Origin: Bugula neritina
Lineage: Eukaryota; Animalia; Bryozoa
Assembly (NCBI GenBank): GCA_964035545.1
Contig: OZ037772.1
Span: 186,001-250,000 of the forward strand
Direction: 5' to 3'
DNA: 64,000 nucleotides
A program made the translations under genes and the position numbers. This document shows positions 26,970-40,257 of the stretch, in pieces (position 1 is the stretch's first letter; every line of letters begins with the position of its first letter). The notes below the pieces were generated by a model. It was given only the letters and a program-made list of their open reading frames with translations. It was not told where the DNA came from and did no database searches.

Positions 26970-28974
26970 CTTGGTTATATAATAAGGAAGTGCTGTGAAA
27001 GATACACATACTCTTAGCATAATATTTCACACTACATCTGTGAAGGTTTCCAAATCAAAGACTTAACCATTAACAATAAACCATACAAAATAAAGTGAAA
27101 AATAATGTTAAACAAATGCAGTTAATAACACTGGTATACATGAGAGTCAGCTACAACATGCTGAGCTCACAGCTTTAACTGTCTAACAAAGGCTGTATTG
27201 TTTACATTGTAATCACTGAATAGGTTTTTGCTGGTGACTCAAACTCCATATACAGTAAATATGAAGCAATGTTGTGTGCTTCAGTGAACACTATTATTCT
27301 ACTTCTATTGAACATCACTAACCAAGTGTTTCCAATATATAGAGGAGAAGTGAAACACGAATACCAGTGAGTTATTTATTAATTTTATGAACAAACAGCA
27401 CAATTGGGCTCAGCTGCTTATCCCCTCATTCAAAAATATCAGCCATTTTTACAATGTTACCTGCCCATTTTTGGGCTAGATACATTGCGTGGGCTCACGC
27501 CAAGACACAAAATAAGGGGAAACATAGCAGTGGGAGAAAACATAGTTTCATGAAATATTTTGTGCTGGGTGTTGAAAATACTTGTTTTCTCCATAATCTA
27601 AATGACAAAATTCATTTCAACATTTCTGCAGTGTTGGTGATGCATGATTTAATATGTTACTTAGATTCACTCTTCCACCAGCCAGGGAAAAAGCCACCAA
27701 CCGCTAGTTTGCTATTAAATCATCTAATAGAAACTATGGTGGTGTGAAACATACTAATTTAACATGTTTGTGCTTCTGTTAGGTCAGGTGTAGTTGTTTC
27801 ATGAGTCGGCAGCTTCTACACTCACTCTAGTCAATTATTTATTCTACACTCTTACCTAGCAAATGATTTATTAACACTAACCTCATATTTTTTATGTTTA
27901 CAACAATAGTAGATCATATAAATGTGGCTAACCTAGTCATATGAGTCAATATTGGGTGATAATCACCAAGATTATCATTATAAATAAATTTAATGATGGT
28001 AGGGGACCTGGCAGTAAAACCCACTGCAACACTAAATCTAATACTGATAGTTATAGTAGAGCAATAATAGTAACTTACACTTTATAGTTATACTTATAGT
28101 AAATGTAATGCAATGAGTAAAAATTACTAATACTAATTAGTAATTACTCATACAACAATACTAATATTAATAACAGTAATCCTAAAAGGAGATGCAATAT
28201 CAATACTAATTGTGATTACTAATAGTAATACTTGAAGTTAATACAAATATTTATATAAATAAAATAGTGCGAAACTGAAATACTTAGTCTCAATTCCTAT
28301 ATACTAATATAGTTATACCAACAGTAAATCGAATAGCAATACTAAGAGTAATCTAATAGTACATTCATGATGTATTACGAATAGACTAATACTTATAGTA
28401 CGTAATAGTAATCTGTAATCGTAGGCTACTACTACTAATACTCTATTACTAATACTACTGTAGACGTAGTAGTATAGTAGTAGTACTAGTACTACTACTA
28501 GTAGATCAATTTTTCAGTATTAAAACTTGAAGTCGATTAAATTTTTTATAATAATAATAAATTTAATATAATTAATACGATATTCATATTTATATTATTC
28601 GATAAATCATTATAATTAATTAATTATTGATCATATGCCTATGGGCTATGATATTACTATGTCTATTGAAAATTTCAAATCAAAGACTCAAAGAGAAATA
28701 ATTATATTTAATTAATATTATAACATTAACTGTAAGAATTTTAATTTATATAACTTATAATTTAAATATAACTTAGTCTTAAGCTTAATCTTATATTGAT
28801 ATTATATAAGTTATAAGCCTAGACTTAAACCTAAAGCCTAAAGGCTAAAAGTAGAACTAAAACTAAAAGTAAAAGTAAATCTAGAATTAAAATAGTAAAA
28901 TACTAAATAGTAAATACTAACATAGTAAATCTAACTGATTAATTTGAGAAATGATGAGATGACTAAAACTGTTC

Positions 28975-29220
28975 TCACCTCACGAGAGTCAATAGTGTCA
29001 GTCTGTAAACTGGTAAGAAACTTGGTAACTAGTAAGTACTAACTGAGAAAAGGCACAATAATTATGAATAAAACCAAAATAACGAGGAAGTTCTGCGCGC
29101 AGAAGGATTATTACACGTCACTCAACTACAAAGGTCGGCTCTATAATAATCGCGTGAAAGAAAATATGTTGCATTCAGTGAGCGGAGCGCTATATTGTAG
29201 CGTCGAAGAGAGACAACTCT
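28975..29220 (-). promoter_or_regulatory. Probable TRIM promoter and non-coding first exon
   Basis: Locally CpG-rich (gcgcgc, cacgtca, cgcgtg) in a CpG-poor background, with a minus-strand donor GAG|GTGAGA at ~28978, upstream of the RING exon. Confidence 0.45.
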
Positions 29221-29605
29221 AAGGTTGAAATCTGAAAAATTATCCAGGGCATCAGGTGTGCATGTTTTTCAATTGAGCTATTTTAGAATATCCAATTCCG
29301 GTCCTGTATATTTTCAAATTACAAAAATACCGATAACATCTATGTCCTTTTTAGTAGCAAAATCTTTACAAGGACTTTGTCTCTTATTAGTAATCTTGAG
29401 TGTCAGCTAGCACTTGCATCTTTTTGTTTGTACTTTCATTATGTAAAATATTTTTATTATGTTTAAGTTGAGCTGTTTAGTGCTAGCATATTCAGCGACA
29501 TCACTGAACATCTGATTAATCCTGAATTTTCTTAACTGGCAGGCTGCAATCAAGATGGCAGAGGGATGTGATTGCTAGGGTAGAGGTATGGTGGTTCCTC
29601 TAGCT

Positions 29606-30420
29606 CAGTGGTTCCAAACCTTTTTCATACCATATCATCTCCCCTTCCATAACTGTTTACTATTGAGTTCCCCTTTTTCTAAAAGTGCAATTTATGAGTG
29701 ATAGGCATAATATACTATAGAAGGCTATATTTGTTCTAGTATATATTTGATTATAATATAAGATTATGATTATTATATTATGCATGTAAAAAGCACAGAG
29801 CAGTTCAATTATTAATACTATGGCTGCAGCTGGTGAATTTGTGCTGCAGCTTGCTTAAGTCTGACTTGGTTTTTGACAAGCTGTACATTGTAGGCACTTT
29901 GCAGGTCAAGGCAGTTTATTTGCTGATTCCTAACCATTAGCATATTAATTGCAGGAATCCTATCTTATATAAAAACGTGGTGCTGAATGGCACTAAAACT
30001 GTTAAAGTACTATCAGCAATGTGTGGGTAGAGTTTGCTTTTTTGAGTTCTGTGTTTTCACAATTGTGAAAACACAGAACTCAAAAAATCATCCTTCACTG
30101 CAAACCAGCTCAATGACACTCTCATGTAACTCTCTTATGAAGGTAGCTCAGAGAAATACTGTCAAATAATGTTAAAAGTTCAAATATATTCGCAGAAATG
30201 CTTTTTGAAAGATATCTCTGGAACAGGGTCTTTTTCTAATAATTTATTGAGTGTGAGGATAGTTGTATCATAGAATTATGTCAAGGTCACAACTTGAGTT
30301 CAGCTTTGAAAGGATTGATGCAGCTATAATGAAGAGTGATGATGTGATGATTGTACTGGAACACAGGAAATATATCCACTATATGTATGCAGTGTGTATA
30401 GTTTATAGAAATGAGCTTGC
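29606..30420 (-). mobile_element. Longer, inverted member of the same hAT family with decayed transposase sequence
   Basis: Terminus cagtggttccaaacctttt. Reverse complement of 30280-30350 matches 22030-22095 (gcatcaat.ctttcaaagctgaact). Confidence 0.55.
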
Positions 30421-30616
30421 ATTGCTGCTTAAACTTCCTGTTGGTTTTGCTTCCAATTCAAACTTCCGAATCTTCATTCGTAGTGGGAGAGGTAGCAGCT
30501 AGGGAAGATCTGGTCCAGCTGAGCTGCAGTGAGGGGAGGTGAGAGAGTAACCCAGTTCCAGTGTATAATATTCATCATTATAGACGGACAAGAGCATCTT
30601 ATTTGTATGTTGATTA

Positions 30617-31212
30617 ATATAACATAATATACTGTATAACATAGTATACTGTATAACATAATATACTGTACATAACATAGTATACTGTATAACGTAGTAT
30701 ACTGTAACATAATATACTGTATAACATAATATACTGTATAACATAGTATACTGTATAACATAATATACTGTATAACATAATATACTGTATAACGTAGTAT
30801 ACTGTATAACATAATATACTGTACATAACATAGTATACTGTATAACGTAGTATACTGTAACATAATATACTGTATAACATAATATACTGTATAACATAGT
30901 ATACTGTATAACATAATATACTGTATAACATAATATACTGTATAACGTAGTATACTGTATAACATAGTATACTGTATAACATAATATACTGTATAACATA
31001 GTATACTGTATAACATAGAATACTGTATAACATAATATACTGTATAACATAATATACTGTATATCATAGTATACTGTATGACATAATATACTGTATAACA
31101 TAATATACTGTATAACATAGTATACTGTATAACATAGAATACTGTATAACATAATATACTGTATAACATAATATACTGTATATCATAGTATACTGTATGA
31201 CATAATATACTG
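30617..31212. repeat. 17-bp minisatellite (aacataatatactgtat)n
   Basis: About 35 tandem units. Confidence 0.95.
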
Positions 31213-31334
31213 AGCTGAATTAAAACAGCTTTATATATTTTGCATTTCCGCTTTTTTAATATCCGAACTACTTTGCCCGGTGACGCTGTTTAAAAACAAA
31301 CGTCTGTAGGCGAGCAGTAAAGTTTAACGCTAAC

Positions 31335-31745
31335 ATCATTTGCTAATAATATTTTGCACTCGCAACACACGCACTGTGTGTGGCAGGTCACTAGCATGGA
31401 ATTCTCACACTTCGCTCTTTGCGTTTGTTGAGAGTGGATAACTCCGGTTGTTTAAAAATTACATATTTCTCATCGCTACATAAGTTACATCTGTTGATTA
31501 GGTTTGAGTATGATTTACAAATTTTTAAAATGATCCATTTTAGGCTGAATTTCGTGTTGTTTTTGTTCTAAATTCCGGATGTGTCTGCTGAGTTGCGTGC
31601 TGTTAGTTTTATCTGCATGTAGGAAAGAGGCTTTATGGTTGCTGAGTCTGGCTTTGAAGGTAGTTGAACAGAGTCCTATGTATGATTGGCTGGAGTTTTT
31701 GTCATGCCTTGTCACAGTTGCTTGGTATGTTAAGTCTTTGCAAAC
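31335..31745 (-). mobile_element. Penelope-like element GIY-YIG endonuclease remnant
   Basis: LTYQATV...SYIGLCSTTFKARLSNHKASF...TQLSRHI and, after a frameshift, YSNLINRCNLCSDEK...STLNKRKE: the PLE GIY-YIG pattern. Confidence 0.8.
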
Positions 31746-32777
31746 CTTATTATATATTAATAACTTAATGCCATTTGCTTATATACTTCATAGCAGCCAA
31801 AGTAAAATTTAAAATGTTGATATGGTCAACACAGTTGGAACTAAGTAACTAAAATTTATGTTAAATTCCATTTTAAACTAACAATGTCTCATTTCAGGAT
31901 AAATAGGTTAAATAATCAGATCTGAAAACTGCAGCTTATCAGAAATCTGTGACCAACATTAGTACTATAGTAATTTTGATGATGAAATTTACAAGCTGAG
32001 AAATAAGTTGTGTAGTGCTGTATGGTAAAATATATTTTGCAATATTAGAGAAATGATTGGATTAAATAAATTCAAAAATGTAGCACCAACAGAATTACTA
32101 AATTAACAACAGTTTCTAAATATATAAAGTCACAGGGAGGGGCATAACACCCTCCCTACCTCATTCTAGAATGACTACTCACAATCTAAGGTTATGGTGG
32201 AGTAATTAATGAAAACAGTATAAACCCTATAGCTAAACTCCTTCAAATTTATATGTACAAAAATCACCATCACTGCCTTGGAAGTCTCGGATAAATTTAT
32301 TTAGAGTAATCAAATCTTTCATTTAAAAATTAGGTTATATAAAAATCAGACTGCTGGTCTCAGCCAACCAAACATTGATTGCATTCTTTGATTGGCCACT
32401 AATTATCTAATCAGGGACAGTTTTACAAATCAGACAAATAAAACTGTTGTTAGATATGAGCCTATGACAAGCAGACTTCTCCAAGCTGAACCCCAAACTC
32501 TTTGTGGGTGGTCCCGATGCCACCAGGAGCAATGTCAATAATAGACAAGTGGGTGGTGGTCTTGGTGTCAATCCCAATCACTGTCAGAGCTTCTGATAGT
32601 ATTTGGAATACTACAAAATGGCAGAGGGCAAACTCTAAATTCTAAACTTGCACAGAAATCAAAGTGGCTTTTGGGTTGAACTCATAAGTAGTTGTTAAAA
32701 AGCCTCAAAGGCAAGCTATATTGCATTTTAATAGAAAAAAAGATGCAACTATCGCAATCATGTTCATATGTAGGTAG

Positions 32778-33005
32778 AATTTACACTATATAGATTAGAT
32801 TTACACTATATAGGTCAGATTTACACTATATAAGTCAAATTTACACTATATAGGTCAGATTTACACTATATAGGTCAGATTTACAGTATATAGGTCAGAT
32901 TTACAGTATATAGGCCTGATTTACGCTATATAGGCCTGATTTACAGTATATAGGTCAGATTTACAGTATATAGGTCTGATTTACACTATACAGGTTAGAT
33001 TTACA
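32778..33005. repeat. 20-bp minisatellite (ttacactatataggtcagat)n
   Basis: About 11 tandem units abutting a minus-strand donor. Confidence 0.9.
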
Positions 33006-33389
33006 TACCTTGCAATCATTCTGCAGCACGGAAGATTGGAAGCTGCTAAATGTCGCTGTGTATTCTTTATCACCAACTGTATATAAAATGACTGACTTAT
33101 TCTTCCCACCGCATGCATCTTGTACTGCCACTGAGTTTATACATCTACAATCAGCAAAAGGAATAGTCATACCAACAACTCGCTCAGCTTAAGAAGAAGC
33201 CAGTGATTGTTCAGATTATCAAGTGACTAGCAACATAGTGGAGGACTAGTATCTGGTGACTAGCAACTAGTGACTATTTGATAAGCTGCTAGCAGTGACT
33301 ATTACCTGTAAGTCAGGGTTTGCTTTGCTCTCTCAGAGTGAATTCAAAGGAAGTTGAGTTGGGAAAACTCTGCCTGATACTCAAACTAC

Positions 33390-33615
33390 AATCCATACAA
33401 TAAACCAACATGTTACTATAGCAACACTTATCAACATCCATACAGGAAATCAACATGTTACTATAGCAACACTTATCAACATCCATACAGGAAACCAACA
33501 TGTTACTATAGCAACACTTATCAACATCCATACAGGAAATCAACATATTACTATAGCAACACTTATCAACCTCCATACAATAAACAAATATGTTACAATA
33601 GCGACAATGCTCAAC
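33390..33615. repeat. 45-bp minisatellite
   Basis: About 5 units of caacatgttactatagcaacacttatcaacatccatacaggaaat. Confidence 0.88.
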
Positions 33616-36600
33616 AAAAAAACTTTTAGATATTTTAAAATAATACTGAGAAAGTCATGGTTGATACAAGATAAACACTCACGAGTGCTGTTTCCATGTG
33701 TTTAGCAACAAATGGCTGATTATCTAGCTGCTGGGTGACGTACGATTTGGTGGCAAACTCAGAGGTCTTGGCATTGATGCAAGTGCTCTTCATTTCCTTG
33801 CGACAGTAAGCATGGATAGCATTAGCTATGGAGCCACCATCTGGATCCACCTGACAACAAACGATAGAGAATACAACTTCTCTATTTCACACTAACATAA
33901 TGCTAATATCAAATAAAACTACTAAAACATGTTCAGCTGTTGAATATACAGAATTATATAATACAGGCAACTCAGGGGGAAACTCTTTTTCCTAAACAAC
34001 AATTCATTAAATATCTGTAGAAACTTCACATGACATGATATTGACACCTCAGGAGTAGTAATTGTAGAATATAAAACATGTTCACAAAATTTCAGTCATC
34101 AGACTTGGATACAGATTTCCTCTGAGCAGAGAAAATAGAAACATATCAGCATCTTCTCTCACCCAATAAGTTCCACTCTTGAACTCTGGGATTTCAGTGA
34201 AGAGTTCTCTACAGTCTCTAACAGGGCTGTCTTTGGACCCGTCTCTTACTTTTGTTTCTAGAGAAATAAGGTGGAAGTAGTGATGTAAGCTAACAGCAAG
34301 AAAACCAACATTATATAATATGTCAGAATGTAGCAACATTTAACTGAAGAAACAAACTAAATAGGTGACTCATCAAACAAGAATGTCAATCATCAATGCT
34401 AGGAGGAGAAACACATTATAACAGCTGTCTATATTTTTATTACAATAGTTTCTAGCAGTTAATTATAAAATTGTTTGTCCGCAAATACATACAAACAATT
34501 TGAAACGAGTCTTTCATTTGAGTTCCAAAACAGCATTTAAAACCTCTACAAAGCAACGTCAAAGCACATCATGGCTATTACTCACTGAGGTACATATTAT
34601 AGAGCTCATTGTTGGCGCCTGCATCATCTGCTTGTACACCTTTACCGTTGGACATCATTGCGCTCATAATCATAGGGGGCACACCTAACATAACCCATGG
34701 TAGAATAAAATAAAAGCTTTAATCACAGGCTACGGATGAAATTCCCAAAAGATCATCAATACACAGTTGAAAGAAAATAAAAAAAGATACAAGTAATGAA
34801 CAATGATTCAGTTTTACTAATAACTAACCAAATACTGGGCTTTACCAGGAGGTCCAGGTCTGCCAGGACTACCCATTTCCCCATCTCTCCTTTGTTCAGC
34901 CTAGAAATACAGACTATTGGTTTATTACCACCAAACTAACAAGATGAATAACAATAACCTGCGAACAGTGCAAGTGTTTACCTTAGCACCATCAGGTCCA
35001 GGTGGTCCCGTAGCACCCATAGCACCAGAAGAACCAGTTATTCCTTGTTTGCCATCAGCACCCCGTAGCCCGGGTGGTCCAGCAATACCAAGTGATCCGA
35101 CATCTCCCCTTTCACCATCAATACCGGGAGCTCCGGGGAATCCCTGCGGTCCCTGGAAACCAGTGAGTCTTACAACAGCAGCAACATTCATATTATAATG
35201 ACTTAGGAGTTGCCTTATCTTCTTACCAAGTAGGATAACTCTTAGAGCCATGATTCTGTTGATGGCCAATAACTAAGGACAAAGATTGATTCAACCTAAT
35301 CCATACCTTTAGTTCCATTTCGCCAGCAACTCCCTTAGCTCCCTGGGGTTCCTGAGGACCAGTTGGCCCATGTGGACTCGCTGGCCCAGACAATCCAGTT
35401 GGTCCAGAAACACCCTGTGGCCCAGCTGGCCCCTATAGTAATGAATATATTTAGGAGACACCTTAGCTGTGAGATATTATTGAATAATATTTTCTGTAAT
35501 ATTATTGTATTGTATAACATATTATATTATGGTGTATTATACTGCACTGTTATGTAATATATTGCATGATGTGATGTCACTGAAGCAACTCTAGTATTAA
35601 CATAAAAAAACTAAAACAAATAAACAACTACAGGATTGACTAGTGGAAAACCAGAGAACTGAAATAAAAAGAAAACTGAATAAAGAATATTCTTACCTTA
35701 TCACCCTTGTCTCCTTGAGCACCTTCAGCTCCCTGGTTACCGGGGATTCCCACTAGACCAATGGAGCCAGGAGATCTTCGAACGCCCTGCTCCCCATGTT
35801 TACCATCAGCACCCAGTACTCCAGGTAAACCGTTTCTGATAAAATTGATAACAAATTATAAAAAACCAAATCAGGGAAAAAGTTCCAAGAAGCTGAATAA
35901 GGCGAAGTGAAACACAAAAAATACCTTCCATCAGATCCGGGTTCTCCAGTGACCCCCCTTGAGGCGATTGGACCAGGCATACCAGTTCGTGCAGTTTCTC
36001 CTGTCTTTCCATTTCTGCCATCCAGACCGGGTTCTCCAGCTTGTCCGACAGGTCCTATGAACCAAGCAGCACCAGTATGCACTACAAGTGGTCATTTATT
36101 AATTCTGGAACACAAAATTTCTCAACATTTCTGGTATATTTCTTCGTTTCCTTGTTTTTACTCAGACAATGCATCATGTGGTAAACAGTATGGTAAAAAT
36201 GATCCATGAAAACCAGTCAGAGTAACTATCATACATAGTAATCCTGTCAGTTGAAGTAACAAGCACTGCTGGGATTCAATATGATTACTTAGCCTACTCC
36301 CTTCCTTAGTGCAGACTAGCTGTGAGGGAAACCCCAGCATATTATAGAATACCTAAAAAGAACAGAAATACACAAGCAAGGACGAGTAACTCCTCATTTT
36401 TACCAGCAGGACCTTGATCTCCTTGTTTACCCTGATATCCGATCTCAACAGGTCCAGGCACTCCGTCTCTACCTGTAAGCACCCATTGATAGCATCACAA
36501 CAGGTGCAACTAGTTTTCAACTTGATTTCTCTGTTGCTATAATAAACAGTGTGACTGGCCACTATAGGATAGCCTACTAGAAATCTGCTCGCTAAATAAA

Positions 36601-37383
36601 AGTCAAATTATAGGAGAGAATAGAGACGTCATGACAGCATGACACAGGGTAGTTATAGGTTCGTAGTAGGTTTAGTCTGTCTACACCCCTGTGTTGTTTA
36701 GTCTGTCTACACCCCTGTGTTGTTTAGTCTGTCTACACCCCTGTGTTGTTTAGTCTGTCTACACCCCTGTGTAGTTTAGTCTGTCTACACCCCTGTGTAG
36801 ACCATAATCAAATAATCCAAAGCTCTCTGAAAAAACAAAAATGCTCCGTGACAGAGTTTTTTCCCCTTTCCACGTAACAAACATAAAATAACGAAAACGA
36901 AAAAGATCCCAACTTAACTTGACAGATTGAACTCAATTGATCATAAACATTACCTGGTTCTCCAAGAACTCCGGTATCTCCTGCAAAACAAAGTGGTCTC
37001 CTTTCTCCTGCATCTCCAGGATTGCCGGATATACCAGGCATGCCATCAACATCGGGTGAACCCTTCCTCTCCATCAGTTCTGTAAGATCCTGGGTGTCTT
37101 TTGGGACCCATTATCCCTTTCTGTTCACTGCAAAACAAGATTAACACATAATACAAGCAGGCATGGCCCTGCAGAACAGAACAGAGTAGCCAATCACATC
37201 ACTGCATTGATATTGTCAGGTCAATCAATATTCTTATTACAATATTCAGGCAATAATAAACTGTACAATGTCAAACAACAAGTTATTTTAAACTTATTAC
37301 CAAATTAAAGTTTACTTCTAGTAAAAACATGGTGGAGAATACATCTAGACCTTGAACAAAAAAGTATGAGTTTCATAATAAAC

Positions 37384-37649
37384 CAGGGTTGGGGTCAATC
37401 ACATGCAATTTCACTTCTAGGGTCCAACTAGCAGGGGCAATTTTGACAGTGGGGAACCTCCTTTGTTCTCAACACTGATACTATACTACATTGACTTAAC
37501 CTGAACTTGTTATTTAACAGTAGGCATGTTAAAAAAAAATGAATTTCTTAAGATTTAAAAGGTTGAAGTAATTGAGATGTAATTGTAAAAATCAATTACA
37601 TTAGTAAAGTAATTAATTACAATTACAATTACATGTTTATACAACCCTG
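37384..37649. mobile_element. hAT MITE, 266 bp, with perfect 8-bp TSD
   Basis: taataaac|CAGGGTTG ... CAACCCTG|taataaac. Absent from the corresponding intron of the + strand collagen. Confidence 0.88.
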
Positions 37650-38611
37650 TAATAAACTGTGAAACACCTAGACGTGGCTAACTGATAATACAGGGCAAGG
37701 AACTCAAGCTATACTTCCAAATATTTCAGAGGAAACAACTCCCACACAAGCAGTGAGCCCCACAAAGATACTATTCACCAACCTCGGTTCTTGCAGGTCA
37801 GAATAACCAGGAGCACCGACTGGTCCGAGGAATCTCTTGAGCCCAGTCGACCGGCTCTCTCCCATTGGACATTGAGGTCCGGGTTTTCCAGCATCCCCTA
37901 CAGCACAGGGCAATCCCGTTTCCCCTCTTCTCTTCTGAAGCCCTGCAGAACAGAACAGAGTAGCTAATAGCATCCCTGCTTTGATATTGTAAAGCTAATC
38001 ACATCGCTGCACTGATATTGTAAAGCTAATCACATCACTACTCTGATATTGTAAAGCTAATCACATCGCTGCACTGATATTGTTAAGCCAATCAAATCCC
38101 TGCTCTGGTATTGTTAAGCCAATCACATTGCTGCTCTAATATTGTCAATATTCTTATTACAAGATTCAGGCAATAATAAACTGTACAATGCGAAACAATA
38201 GTTTATTTTAACTTATTACTGAAATAAAGTTTACTTCTAGTAAAAATATGGTGGATAATACATCTAGACCTTGAACAATAAAAGTATGAGTTTCAGAATA
38301 GTTTGTGAAATACCTGCTATGATAGAGACATGTATGCAGTGTCTAACCTGGTTGGATGCACACTCAGAGTCACTTTTACACGTCAGTGTGCACACCTCGT
38401 TAACACAGATCTGATTGGGTAGACATTCTTGATGAGTCTTACACGTGAGTAGAGTGAGTCCATCTGATGGAACTATACTTTGTACAGTGAACTGTAAACA
38501 CATTGTAGAAAGATATCATATACCAGTATCAAAACACAGTCTGGGTCTCGGTTGGTAGCTTCGCTATATATCTGATCGATATTTACCTATCTGTTTATCT
38601 GCCTGTCTGTC

Positions 38612-38702
38612 CAGTCAGTCAGTCAGTCAGTCAGTCAGTCAGTCAGTCAGTCAGTCAGTCAGCCAGCCAGTCAGTCAGTCAGCCAGTCGGTCAGTCAGTC
38701 AG
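38612..38702. repeat. (CAGT)n microsatellite
   Basis: Seen directly. Confidence 0.92.
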
Positions 38703-38957
38703 TTCATCTGTCATTCTGCTAATATATGGTAATGGTATAACTTATACTAGGCAATACCTATACCTCTGATCCAAGTTGTCTCCACTCTCTTCCAACACTG
38801 CTGCAAGCTGACCACTCGTACTGTAGGAGACATATGAGTCATTACTCAAGTCACTAGCAGGATATATAGACACCACTTTGGTTGTGGCTACAAGAGATGT
38901 AGAATAACTTGTTAAGTAACTAACAGTGCAAGTTATTATGACTAGCAAACTGCTACT

Positions 38958-39218
38958 GTAACTATACTAACAGAGTAACTATACTAACAGAGTAACTGTA
39001 CTAACAGAGTAACTGTACTAACAGAGTAACTATACTAACAGAGTAACTATACTAACAGAGTAACTATACTAACAGAGTAACTATACTAACAGAGTAACTA
39101 TACTAACAGAGTAACTGTACTAACAGAGTAACTATACTAACAGAGTAACTATACTAACAGAGTAACTATACTGACAGAGTAACTATACTAACAGAGTAAC
39201 TGTACTAACAGAGTAACT
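38958..39218. repeat. 17-bp minisatellite (taactatactaacagag)n
   Basis: About 15 units, ending at a minus-strand splice donor. Confidence 0.93.
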
Positions 39219-40257
39219 TACCATCATTCTGTAGATCCAGCGGATCATCAAAGAGTCTGTCCTGCTCAGTATCAGAAAGATCTGGGTTGTTGAGAGGATA
39301 AAGCTGATAGCATATGTTGGATATGCATTCAGTAAACTCAGATCCACATTGTTCATCTTCAGTACAGTCTATTAATAGAAACAAAACTCTATAAATAGCG
39401 AACTAGTCACTAAATAACCTCACATATCTCACATACACAACAGATCTCTACTTCTTTGCTGTTTTTGATAATTGACTCACAGTATAAGTGATTTCAGTTA
39501 GTCATGACTCACAGCATAAGTGATTTCAGTTAGTCATGACTCACAGCATAAGTTACAGCAGCTACTTGGACTCGCAGTATAAATTATAGTAGGTAGTCAC
39601 AACTCATAGTATGAAAGTCATCAATAACTCGCAGTGTAAGTCATAGCGACTACTCACCTGACAGCCCTCTTTACAGACACCATGGCGACATATCTGTCCA
39701 TCACTAGGACAGGCTGTGTTGTCAGTACACGGATAGAAGCACCTGCAAAAAATGCTGATAATCACACCAAGTGTGATGCATCGTTTCTACTGAAAAATCG
39801 CAAACCAAAATATGTAGAAAATAAAGCAAATTCAGCTTTAAGGTTACACTCTGTTATGTAAATACATAACAAAAATCATTCAAAAATCCTGGCCAGCACA
39901 GATATAAGTACAACAGAAAGCAACACTTTTAAACTCTAATAGAGTTTAGAACAAAGATTTCGCATTCAAACCTGAAGAACATTCTACTAGTTCAGAGTGA
40001 TAAAGATCCTAGACAACAGTTCTGTCATCTGGTGAGGCCTGCTGATAACATCTTTTCTCCAAACAGATCTGCAGCTTCCCACAGTCTCGGTCAAGGTCAC
40101 ATACCCCAACACAGGCACCACACTCGCAGGTGAAGCCACACGCACAGTTCTCAGGGTCTGAAGAGTTCAACAAAAACTATAAACTATACGGATGATTAGT
40201 CAGCTTAGTTGTGTCAGAGTTGAGATGTGCTGGAGGGTAGTTGTTGAATACTAGCAG

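Larger units (their letters stand above)
32462..38316 (-). pseudogene. Inverted partial duplicate (3' half, with introns) of the + strand fibrillar collagen, including C-telopeptide and COLFI exons
   Basis: Reverse complement matches 59111-64000, introns included. Shows Gly losses, frameshifts, a deletion joining exons 60339 and ~62810, and TGA at 33346-33344. COLFI motifs GSKDSPVRDCREL, GTYWVDPDGGS, QLNFL and IIDIAPGGIG...EFGVQLGEVCLS*; C-proteinase-like site VQA/DD. Confidence 0.92.
38348..40157 (-). pseudogene. Fragment of a Cys-rich repeat extracellular protein gene (C-x5-C-x5-C-x4-C modules)
   Basis: Exons encode CACGFTCECGACVGVCDLDRDCGKLQICLEKRC, CTDNTACPSDGQICRHGVC, CTEDEQCGSEFTECISNIC and CKTHQECLPNQICVNEVCTLTCKSDSEC. 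In-frame TAG at 40011-40009, mismatched exon phases and no start exon found. Confidence 0.72.

Noticed and set aside
30474-31169. Three overlapping minus-strand ORFs of 139-231 aa
   Set aside because: Artefacts of a 17-bp minisatellite
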